From assembly GCA_964602415.1 (NCBI GenBank), contig CAZRQL010000012.1, positions 1,164 through 65,163 on the forward strand: a DNA stretch of 64,000 bases, written 5' to 3'. The DNA is from an uncultured Roseobacteraceae bacterium (GTDB lineage Bacteria; Bacteroidota; Bacteroidia; Cytophagales; Flammeovirgaceae). The position numbers and the translations under genes are program-made. This document shows, piece by piece, positions 7,042-15,487 of this stretch (its first letter is position 1; each line of letters starts with the position of its first letter). The notes beneath the pieces were generated by a model. It worked only from the letters and a program-made list of their open reading frames with translations, did not search any database and was not told the origin of the DNA.

Positions 7042-9386
7042 ACCCTTACCCCCAAAACCAGCACATCATCAATTTGCTGGTTTTCACCTTTCCACTCCTC
7101 AAATACGGTTTCTAACCTCTCCTTTTGTTGGTTCATATCTTCTATCAGGCAGATTTGTGAGAGCAATTCTCTGAGTCGGCGGCTGTAAAATTTGGAATTA
7201 TTTGCCCCGCCGAACTGGTCTTGATAACCATCTGAAAATAAGTAAAAAGTAGTGGGTGTATTGAGATAGATGGTGTGTTGGTCAAAGTTGGGGATTGTCT
7301 CGAAAAATGCACCGCCCAATGAGCTTCTGTTGGCCGGTATTTGAGTCATGTTCTCGTTTTGCCAGTACAAAAGTGGATGTTGGGCACCGGCATAAAGCAT
7401 TTGTGGGTTTGTATTTTCCAAGTCCAACACGCAGATGCCCATAGCCATACCGTCTTTGCTGTCGGTGCTTCGCTGGTTGAGGGAATCTACAATTCCTTCG
7501 TGGACTTTTTTGAGAACTTTTGCCGGAGCAATTTCTTTGTCGTGAAGCACAATAGAGTCCAGTAAGTCATTGCCTATTAGGCTCATAAAGGCTCCCGGCA
7601 CGCCGTGCCCCGTGCAATCTACCGATGCCAAGACGATAAACTTCCGACCTTCTTTGACTACTTGGCCAAACCAATAAAAATCTCCACTCACTACATCCCT
7701 GGGCTTGAAAAGCACAAAAAAATTGGGCAACACCATCTTTATGCTTTCTATGGGAGGCAGCATAGCTTGTTGAATTCTAAGGGCGTAAGATATACTGGAT
7801 TTGATTTTGAGATAGGCGGTTTCGAGTTCTGTTTTTTGGGCTTGGATTTCATCGGTTTTCTGGCTGAGCAGTTCGAGTGTTTGGCTGAGTTCTTCATTTT
7901 TTTCGATGATACTCCGATTTTGCATCTGTATCTCAGCTTGTTGCTTTTGGAGTGATTCTGCCATAGAGTTAAACGATGAAGCCAGTTTGCCGATTTCGTC
8001 TCTCTGGGATACATCTACACGCACCGAAAGTTGGCCTTTGGCCACCCATCGAGTGGCTTCAAGTATTTTGCGGATAGGGGCGGTAATACTCCCTGAAATG
8101 AATGAGGCTGCTAAAATAATGGCAATCATCAAGATAACTACCGAAGTAATGGTGCGGCGTCGCAAGGCTTCTACCGACTCAAAGGCTTCTTGGGTCTCTA
8201 TCTCCGCCACGATAGCCCACTGCAAATCATATATCTTTAGAGGTTCGACAGTTCTGATTACCTCTCGCTTGCGGTAGTTTACCCCTATGCCTATGCTGCC
8301 CACAGAGTCTTTGAAGGCTTTTTCTATCTCAGGATTTTTGACATGCTGATACAAAATACTTGTTTTTTGTCTTTCAATTTCTTTTATTTGACTGGAAGTG
8401 TCTTCGATTTGTTTTATCTCATCAAGATATGTTTCAAAATCTTCTTCTATGGCACGCACGTCAGAGCGCATTTTATAGTCAGCCCCCACCAAGTAGCTCT
8501 CACCTGTTTTTCCCAACCCATCTTCGACCCAATTGTTTGCGCCGGCTGTTATCATGTTGATGTCTTCGCTGGGAACGGTCATAATCAACACCGCCAACAA
8601 CTCATCTTTTTCCACGATTGGGGCGGCCACCATCAAAACGGGCTTGTTGAGTGCAGGTATAAATGACTCTAAATCAGCAAATCTTACCGTCAGTTCGCTG
8701 CCTTCAAACCGCATTTCTTTAAATAGGTTTCCCATTACGCTCTCTGAGTAGGGGCCGATGAGTAGGTTGCTGCCAAATTCTTCGGTTTTGATGCCACTAT
8801 AAACCACATAACCCGTTTGGGCATCAACAATATTGATATTGGTGTAGCTAAATCTGTGCAGAAACTCAATCAAGTCTTCATGGAAAAGGTCATGCACTTT
8901 GTCGTAAGCCGATTTTGGGCTTTGGTTGCGGTTGCTGATGTAGCGGTGTTGAAGGTAGATGGTACGGAAGTCGGAAGGGCTGACCGCTCCTGCATTGATG
9001 GGGTAGGTGGCCAGACTATTGTAACGGGTCAGAAATACATCTTGGTAATAGTTATTTACTTCCCGGTACATTTTCTCGCTTACCTGCGACTCTTCTATTT
9101 CCAACACAGCTTGGGTAAGCTCTTTGGCGGCGGCGATAGTGGAGCGATTTTTAGCCAAATAGACCATTTCCTCTCTTACAAAATTCAGGTATTCAACCAG
9201 TTGCCTTGCTCTGATGGCTCGCACACTTTTTAGGTGTTCCACTGTGGCGGTTCTGATGGTGTGGGCGGCCTCTTGGTACTCAATCAACATAGCCAACAAC
9301 AGAGGCACGACCCCAAAAATCAAGAAGAAAAAGGTCAGCCGACCGTGGATGGTTTTGAATCTTATCACCGCTTTGGGCTTTTTCAA
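7038..9386 (-). CDS. Membrane sensor protein phosphatase: Cache-like sensor, HAMP, coiled coil, PP2C/SpoIIE
   Basis: The first TM helix is LTFFFLIFGVVPLLLAMLI, followed by an extracytoplasmic region of about 370 aa. The second TM helix is VVILMIAIILAASFISGSI. A HAMP domain (SQRDEIGKLASSFNSMAESL) and a coiled coil follow. The SpoIIE domain carries the motifs RDVVSGDFYW, VDCTGHGVPGAFMS, SDGYQDQFGG and DDVLVLGVRV. Confidence 0.85.
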   Translation of the reverse strand: MKKPKAVIRFKTIHGRLTFFFLIFGVVPLLLAMLIEYQEAAHTIRTATVEHLKSVRAIRARQLVEYLNFVREEMVYLAKNRSTIAAAKELTQAVLEIEESQVSEKMYREVNNYYQDVFLTRYNSLATYPINAGAVSPSDFRTIYLQHRYISNRNQSPKSAYDKVHDLFHEDLIEFLHRFSYTNINIVDAQTGYVVYSGIKTEEFGSNLLIGPYSESVMGNLFKEMRFEGSELTVRFADLESFIPALNKPVLMVAAPIVEKDELLAVLIMTVPSEDINMITAGANNWVEDGLGKTGESYLVGADYKMRSDVRAIEEDFETYLDEIKQIEDTSSQIKEIERQKTSILYQHVKNPEIEKAFKDSVGSIGIGVNYRKREVIRTVEPLKIYDLQWAIVAEIETQEAFESVEALRRRTITSVVILMIAIILAASFISGSITAPIRKILEATRWVAKGQLSVRVDVSQRDEIGKLASSFNSMAESLQKQQAEIQMQNRSIIEKNEELSQTLELLSQKTDEIQAQKTELETAYLKIKSSISYALRIQQAMLPPIESIKMVLPNFFVLFKPRDVVSGDFYWFGQVVKEGRKFIVLASVDCTGHGVPGAFMSLIGNDLLDSIVLHDKEIAPAKVLKKVHEGIVDSLNQRSTDSKDGMAMGICVLDLENTNPQMLYAGAQHPLLYWQNENMTQIPANRSSLGGAFFETIPNFDQHTIYLNTPTTFYLFSDGYQDQFGGANNSKFYSRRLRELLSQICLIEDMNQQKERLETVFEEWKGENQQIDDVLVLGVRV

Positions 9387-9611
9387 GCCTAAAGGTACAC
9401 AATCTTTTGTTTAGATAAGAATTTGTGAAACATTTTAAAATATAAAAATTGAAGATTTTTACATCAAAAAAAATAAACTTTTCTTGTAAGCATAAGTGAT
9501 TGATTTTTAAAATGATTCCAATTATAAAATAAAAAATCTTTTCAAATACCTGTTAATCAAGGGGGGTAAATTTATTTTTGTTTTGATTCGCTTCAATGGC
9601 TTTGAGGTGTT

Positions 9612-10193
9612 ATGTTTGCAGCCCCAAATTTTAAAGCGATGATACTTTCGGACAAGCAAATTCTCGAAGAAATGGAAAAAAAACACATTTTGATTGAGCC
9701 ATTTGACCCCAAATGCTTGGGAACCAACTCATACGATGTGCATTTGGGTAAGTATTTGGGCGTGTACGTGGATGAGGTTTTGGACTCGAGAAAACACAAT
9801 AAAATAGATATTTTTGAAATTCCCGAAGAGGGCTTCGTGCTGCAACCCGGTAAGTTGTATTTGGGCGTAACGATTGAATACACAGAGACTTTGGCACATG
9901 TTCCGTTTTTGGAAGGCAAATCGAGCGTGGGCAGGCTTGGCATAGACATACATGCCACCGCCGGAAAGGGCGACGTAGGCTTTTGCAACACCTGGACGCT
10001 TGAAATATCGGCTACCCACAAAGTTAGGATTTATTACGGCATGCCCATCGGCCAGTTGATTTACTTCAAAGTCGAAGGAGAAATCGAAAAATATTACAAC
10101 TACAAGATTGGGGCAAAATACAACAACCGAACCGTCAAGCCCGTAGAGTCTATGCTTTGGCAAAGTGAATTTTGGCCATTCAATGGTAAATAG
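9612..10193 (+). CDS. dcd: dCTP deaminase
   Basis: Dcd motifs NSYDVHLG, LEGKSSVGRLGI and LEISATHKVRIY. The likely start is the second ATG at about 9639 (MILSDKQILE). Confidence 0.9.
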   Translation: MFAAPNFKAMILSDKQILEEMEKKHILIEPFDPKCLGTNSYDVHLGKYLGVYVDEVLDSRKHNKIDIFEIPEEGFVLQPGKLYLGVTIEYTETLAHVPFLEGKSSVGRLGIDIHATAGKGDVGFCNTWTLEISATHKVRIYYGMPIGQLIYFKVEGEIEKYYNYKIGAKYNNRTVKPVESMLWQSEFWPFNGK

Positions 10194-10205
10194 CATTTTT
10201 GTCTC

Positions 10206-11453
10206 ATGGAAGCAAATTTGCACTACGCCCAAAGCCTTGACCAACAAGATACTCTGGCACATTTTAGAGATAAATTTTACATCCCTGAGCACCAAGGCAA
10301 ACCGGTGGCTTACTTTTGCGGCAACTCGCTGGGTTTGCAGCCCAAGACAGCCGCTGCGGCTGTAACCAAAGAACTGGAGAGCTGGGCATTAAATGGAGTA
10401 GAAGGCCATTTTTTGGGCGATATGCCGTGGATGCACTACCATAAGTTTTTGCAGCAAGGGGCTTGTTTTGTGGCGGGTGCTCAAGAGGACGAGGTGGTCG
10501 TGATGAACAGCCTCACTGTCAATTTGCATTTGATGATGGTGAGTTTTTATAGGCCTGACCCTCAAAGATTTAAGATTATCATGGAGGCGGGGGCTTTTCC
10601 ATCTGATCAATATGCGGTAGAATCGCAAGTTCGCTTTCACGGCCTTGACCCCCAACAGGCCATCATCGAACTCGAACCCCGCAGCGGCGAATACAGCCTC
10701 AGAACCGAAGACATACTCAAGTCCATAGAACAAGCAGGCAACCAACTGGCACTGGTTTTGTTGGGAGGTGTAAACTATTACACAGGGCAACTTTTTGATA
10801 TAGAAGCTATTACGAAGGCTTCCCATGCTGTGGGGGCTTATGCCGGTTTTGATTTGGCTCACGCTGCCGGCAATGTGCAACTCTTTTTGCATGATTGGGG
10901 CGTAGATTTTGCCGTTTGGTGCTCCTACAAATACCTCAACTCAGGGCCGGGAGGTACTTCGGGGGTTTTTGTACATCAAAGGCACGCCAACGCAAATCTT
11001 CAGCGCTTTGCAGGGTGGTGGGGACACAAAGAAGAGGTGCGATTTGAGATGCAAAAAGGATTTATTCCTATGAGCGGGGCACAAGGTTGGCAACTAAGCA
11101 ATGCGCAAATTTTGCCTATGGCTGTCCACAAAGCCTCTTTGGATATTTTCGTGGAGGCAGGCTGGCAGCGGCTGACACAAAAAAGATTGCTGATGACGGC
11201 TTTTTTGGAGTTTTTGATCCAAGAGCACAACCAAAGCCCGACCGATTTCAAAATAACAGTCATCACTCCAGCCTCCAGAGGTTGCCAACTTTCGCTCATA
11301 GTCGAAGGCGGCAAAACGGTACACCAACGCTTGTCAGAGGCGGGAATCGTTACCGATTGGCGGGAACCGGATGTCATTAGGGTTGCCCCCGTGCCACTTT
11401 ACAATAGCTTTCAAGACATTTGGCGGCTCTATGAGGTCTTGCAGTCTTTGTAA
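10206..11453 (+). CDS. kynU: Kynureninase
   Basis: Typical kynureninase N-terminus (FYIPEH...VAYFCGNSLGLQPK) and PLP-lysine motif CSYKYLNSGPGG. Confidence 0.9.
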   Translation: MEANLHYAQSLDQQDTLAHFRDKFYIPEHQGKPVAYFCGNSLGLQPKTAAAAVTKELESWALNGVEGHFLGDMPWMHYHKFLQQGACFVAGAQEDEVVVMNSLTVNLHLMMVSFYRPDPQRFKIIMEAGAFPSDQYAVESQVRFHGLDPQQAIIELEPRSGEYSLRTEDILKSIEQAGNQLALVLLGGVNYYTGQLFDIEAITKASHAVGAYAGFDLAHAAGNVQLFLHDWGVDFAVWCSYKYLNSGPGGTSGVFVHQRHANANLQRFAGWWGHKEEVRFEMQKGFIPMSGAQGWQLSNAQILPMAVHKASLDIFVEAGWQRLTQKRLLMTAFLEFLIQEHNQSPTDFKITVITPASRGCQLSLIVEGGKTVHQRLSEAGIVTDWREPDVIRVAPVPLYNSFQDIWRLYEVLQSL

Positions 11454-11468
11454 GCTGCCAACCGCTCT

Positions 11469-12878
11469 TTAGTCGAGGAAGTCAATGAGTTTTTGATAGG
11501 CAGATTGGGGGTTGTTGGCTATGTATTTGACCCCGTCCTTGGGGTAAAAACGCAATATTTCTTCTACATCAAGCACATTGTCTTCTTTTACGGAAAGTAC
11601 GACTGATTTGGGAATAGAGCGTTTGTATCCCAATCCTTGCGATTTGAGAATGTCTTGTAGCTTGGAAACCAACCAAGTGCGTTTGGCGGAGTTGTAGCAG
11701 ATAAGTGCGACTTTACAATCTTTTAGATATTTGCGGTGCAGGATCTGGCGGGCTTGTCCTTTGGTGCTTTCAGGCAATACCAACACCGAAAATCCTTTTT
11801 CTTGTAAAAACGAACTCAACGAAAAACTCAAGTCCTCATCCCGCACATCGGACATGATATAAATGAATTCACTGCCAAATTTTGAGCTGCTATTGTCAAT
11901 ATCAGTTGGTTTTATGGCCAATTTCTGCATCAAAAGCATCCTAAAATCTTCGATGCGGCATTGAATCACCTCTACCGGATTTTCGGATCGGGCTTCCCGC
12001 TTGATGTGCTCCAACAACGCACCTTGCCGGCCTCTCAAGTCCTCTGCCAAAGGCGAAACCCACACCAAACGTTCAAATTTGTGGTCTTTCAATTGGTTGA
12101 GGGTGTTTTGGTAGTGGGAACAAATATTGTTTTCCAATTCAACGATTGAAATATTGGAGTCGGGCATCACTTCGCCGTACTCTTTGCCGATTAGGTGGAT
12201 AGAATACAAACACCCTTCCAATGCCTGCTTAATCTCAAATTCGTTTTGGGGGACGAAGTTGGGGATAACTTCATAGCCGTATCGCTGCAACTCGCTCTTT
12301 ACCAGTATGCGTTCAATCGAGGTATCCGGAGTGGTTTGCGCCAAATACACTTTTCCCTTATTGGGCGTATCTATTTCCAAACCCTTCTTTTTGAGTAAGG
12401 CATCCCTGACATCATAGCTTAAATCAATGAGCGTCAGCCAAAAACTGCTTGATTCACTTTGCCCATTGGCATAAAATTCATCAAATGGTTCCACACCTGT
12501 TGGGTTGGCTTTTTTTGAGAAAAACGAATACACATATATTCCTGCTAAAGAATCAGGTAAGGATAAGGGGCTTTGCGAGATGAAAAAATCACTTTTTGAT
12601 GATTTATCAAAACAAACCGGATCTTTGAGGAAATTTTCTGTCAAAAAATTGATTTTGATAGCCGAACTCTCACTATTTTGGGACAAGTCGGTGAAAATCG
12701 GCTCAAAACCCAACATCTCGATTATTACTTTCCCAAAGTATTCCCTAAATACCTGAATCCAACTACTATTTTTGCTATCCTTAGGATAGGTGTCTGATTT
12801 TGAATAATTTAGAAAAATATCAAATTCAAAATTTTTTTTCGACATAGACCAACTCTTTTTATGCGTAAAACTACCCAA
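11469..12878 (-). CDS. Hypothetical cytoplasmic protein with three TIR/DUF4062-like alpha/beta modules
   Basis: Module A: FDIFLNYSKSD...INFLTENFLKDPVCFDKS. Module B: KVYLAQTTPDTSIERILVKSELQRYGYEVIP...CLYSIHLIGKEYGEV...SIVELE. Module C: FIYIMSDVRDEDLSFSLSSFLQEKGFSVLVLPE...KVALICYNS. The probable start is the internal ATG (MSKKNFEF). The domain call rests on pattern resemblance only. Confidence 0.45.
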   Translation of the reverse strand: MGSFTHKKSWSMSKKNFEFDIFLNYSKSDTYPKDSKNSSWIQVFREYFGKVIIEMLGFEPIFTDLSQNSESSAIKINFLTENFLKDPVCFDKSSKSDFFISQSPLSLPDSLAGIYVYSFFSKKANPTGVEPFDEFYANGQSESSSFWLTLIDLSYDVRDALLKKKGLEIDTPNKGKVYLAQTTPDTSIERILVKSELQRYGYEVIPNFVPQNEFEIKQALEGCLYSIHLIGKEYGEVMPDSNISIVELENNICSHYQNTLNQLKDHKFERLVWVSPLAEDLRGRQGALLEHIKREARSENPVEVIQCRIEDFRMLLMQKLAIKPTDIDNSSSKFGSEFIYIMSDVRDEDLSFSLSSFLQEKGFSVLVLPESTKGQARQILHRKYLKDCKVALICYNSAKRTWLVSKLQDILKSQGLGYKRSIPKSVVLSVKEDNVLDVEEILRFYPKDGVKYIANNPQSAYQKLIDFLD

Positions 12879-12992
12879 TATGTAAATAAATTAAGTGATA
12901 TTTTTTTAAAGCAAAATATTTCCTTCAAAAAAGTAAAACTAACGGGAATTTTCACTTAACTTTTAATAAAGTTACTTTTTAAAGTACCATTT

Positions 12993-14153
12993 ATGCGGCA
13001 TCTTAAAAATACACAATTACTGATTTTGTCTTGTTGGCACTTTACGCTTTCTGCTCAATCTTTTTTACATACGCCGATTGAGGGTAAGTATGGAAGAGAT
13101 TTTATCATAGTCAATTACGTAGATTGGGGAAAAGACCAAATCCTTGACCACCATTGCGGTAGCAAAACCTACTCAGGCCACCAAGGAACCGATTTTGTCA
13201 TCAGAAATTTCAAAGCGATGGACTCAGGTGTGTACGTCTTGGCGACTGCCAAAGGAGTGGTTACAGCGGTAGAGGACAAACTTTTTGATAGAGAGAAAGT
13301 AGCCGACAAAAGCAAAGGTTTGGGCAACTACCTCGCCATCAAGCACGACAACGGTTACTTTTCTTATTATGCCCACTTGAAGAAAAACAGTGCCACCGTT
13401 AAAGTGGGCGATAGGGTGGTGGAAGGCCAAAAAATAGCGGCGGTGGGTAGCAGCGGCAACAGCTCTGACCCTCATTTGCACTTTGAACTTTGGTGGGATT
13501 CTCTTTTTGTCGTTGATCCTTTTGCCGGCCACTGTGGCAACCCTCGGTCACTGTGGATAGCTCCTTTGCCCTATGACGACAAGTTTGGGGTTTGGACTTC
13601 AGGCTTGTGCAATTTTGTGCCTTACCTGGACACGCTTAGGGAAGAGCCGCCAAGAATTAAGCGATTTTCTTCTATGGATAAGGCCATTGGTTATTGGGCT
13701 ATTTTGTTTGGCATCAGGGCAGCAGACGAACTCAAAGTCAAGTGGTACGACCCACAAGGCAAAGAGTGGTTTGAATTTGAGTATATTGTGCCCTATCATG
13801 CTTGGTATTTCTATTTTTGGACGTACATAGATATGCCTAACACAGGTAAATTTGGCCAGTGGTCGGCACGTTTGTTTAGGAATGGCGAAGAAATAGAAAC
13901 AGTTGATTTTGTGGTTGATGAGATTTCAAAAATAGAAGATGTCGGTTTTTACCCTGCATTACTTTATCCCAATCCTTGCAGTGATTTTGTTCAAATAAAA
14001 GATGCAGATGAGCATTCGGGGTACACGGTTTTGGATGCCATTGGTCAAGTAGCGGTGCGGGGAAAAGGTTCAAAAATTGACGTATCAGGTTTGCCGCGAG
14101 GGCTTTATTTTGTTCAGATTGGCGACAAAACGCTGAAATTAATCAAGCAATAG
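12993..14153 (+). CDS. Secreted M23 family metallopeptidase with T9SS C-terminal sorting domain
   Basis: Has a signal peptide and the M23 zinc motifs HQGTDF and DPHLHFEL. The C-terminal T9SS-type tail is LYPNPCSDFVQIKD...GLYFVQIGDKTLKLIKQ. Confidence 0.85.
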   Translation: MRHLKNTQLLILSCWHFTLSAQSFLHTPIEGKYGRDFIIVNYVDWGKDQILDHHCGSKTYSGHQGTDFVIRNFKAMDSGVYVLATAKGVVTAVEDKLFDREKVADKSKGLGNYLAIKHDNGYFSYYAHLKKNSATVKVGDRVVEGQKIAAVGSSGNSSDPHLHFELWWDSLFVVDPFAGHCGNPRSLWIAPLPYDDKFGVWTSGLCNFVPYLDTLREEPPRIKRFSSMDKAIGYWAILFGIRAADELKVKWYDPQGKEWFEFEYIVPYHAWYFYFWTYIDMPNTGKFGQWSARLFRNGEEIETVDFVVDEISKIEDVGFYPALLYPNPCSDFVQIKDADEHSGYTVLDAIGQVAVRGKGSKIDVSGLPRGLYFVQIGDKTLKLIKQ

Positions 14154-14170
14154 AGTTAACAAAACAACAA

Positions 14171-14194
14171 AGCCAAAAGTTTTCACCTTTGGCT
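14171..14194 (-). terminator. Weak hairpin terminator between the convergent M23 and ilvE genes
   Basis: A 7-bp stem AGCCAAA/TTTGGCT with a 10-nt loop. On the minus strand it is followed by the T-rich TTGTTGTTTTGTT. Confidence 0.35.
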
Positions 14195-14220
14195 GTGCCG
14201 AAACAAGACAATGCTATTAT

Positions 14221-15291
14221 TCAAATTACCATATTCCACCCAAAAACGTCCTCTATTTTTCCGCGTTTGAGTGCATCTATGTAAGCGAACATTTTTTGGT
14301 TGATGCTTTCAGGGGTGTAGGCAGGGATATTGAGGTCTTCGCCGTCGCAGTGTATGGTAGCGATAGGAGCGACCACGGCTGCCGTTCCGCATCCAAAAGC
14401 CTCTGTTACAGCACCTGATTTGATGCCCGCCACGATTTCATCTACTTCGATGGGTCGCTCTTGCACTTGGATACCAAAAATTTCTTTGGCGATTTTGAGC
14501 ATACTTTTACGGGTGATGCCATCTAAAATCGTATCCCCGACGGGTGGGGTAGTCAGTACGCCATTGATGACAAACATGATGTTCATAGTGCCTGACTCTT
14601 CGATAAATCGGTGTTCTTTGGCATCAGTCCAGATAAGTTGTCTGTATCCTTGCTGTTGTGCCAATCGGGCAGGGTATAGAGCCGCTCCATAGTTGCCGGC
14701 GCATTTGGCAAAGCCTGTTCCTCCCTGTGCCGCTCGCGTGTAGTGTCTTTCTACCTTTACTTTGACTGATTCTCCATAATAGTGCCCTGAGGGTGAGCCA
14801 ATTATCAAAAAGCGATAAGTCTCCGACACAGACACACCTACGTATTCGTCGGTAGCCATCATAAAGGGGCGGATGTAGAAAGATGGGCCGTCAATATTGG
14901 GCACCCAATTTCTATCCATTGAAAGCCAGATTCTTAGCCCATCCAAAAACACTTCTTTGGGCACTTCGGGCATGGCCATACGTGCAGCCGAGCGGTTGAG
15001 TCGTTTCCAGTTTTCTTCCGGTCTGAAAACCAGCACTTCTCCGTTGGTTTTGCGGTAAGCCTTCATGCCTTCAAACAAAAGCTGCCCGTAGTGAAAAGCC
15101 ATCATGCTTGGCGCGCAAGAAATATTGGCGTAGGGTACGATTTTGGGTTGTAGCCAGTTACCGTCCTTGTAATCGCAAAGCACCATGTGGTCGGAGAAAA
15201 TCCTGCCAAAAGGCAAACTACTAAAATCGAGTCCCGCCAAGCGACTTTTGAGAGTGGGTTCAATTGCAAACAGACTTGTGTCTATGTTCAT
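14221..15291 (-). CDS. ilvE: Branched-chain amino acid aminotransferase
   Basis: 356-aa class-IV aminotransferase pattern (YGQLLFEGMKAYR, GTGFAKCAGNYGAAL, GTMNIMFVINGVL, GITRKS). Confidence 0.9.
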   Translation of the reverse strand: MNIDTSLFAIEPTLKSRLAGLDFSSLPFGRIFSDHMVLCDYKDGNWLQPKIVPYANISCAPSMMAFHYGQLLFEGMKAYRKTNGEVLVFRPEENWKRLNRSAARMAMPEVPKEVFLDGLRIWLSMDRNWVPNIDGPSFYIRPFMMATDEYVGVSVSETYRFLIIGSPSGHYYGESVKVKVERHYTRAAQGGTGFAKCAGNYGAALYPARLAQQQGYRQLIWTDAKEHRFIEESGTMNIMFVINGVLTTPPVGDTILDGITRKSMLKIAKEIFGIQVQERPIEVDEIVAGIKSGAVTEAFGCGTAAVVAPIATIHCDGEDLNIPAYTPESINQKMFAYIDALKRGKIEDVFGWNMVI

Positions 15292-15487
15292 GTGCCTGAT
15301 TTAAATTAAAAAAAGTTAATAAATAAATGCAAAATAAAATCGAAAATTGAAGGGTAAAAGTAAGTAAGTTTTTGATAAATAGAAACTTACTGATTTAATT
15401 GAAAGTATAAAAAGTTAACAAATCTACTTCTCTTTTGTATTTAGACGCAAATTTTTAATAAAACTTCAAAAAATAACTGTCTTAAAG

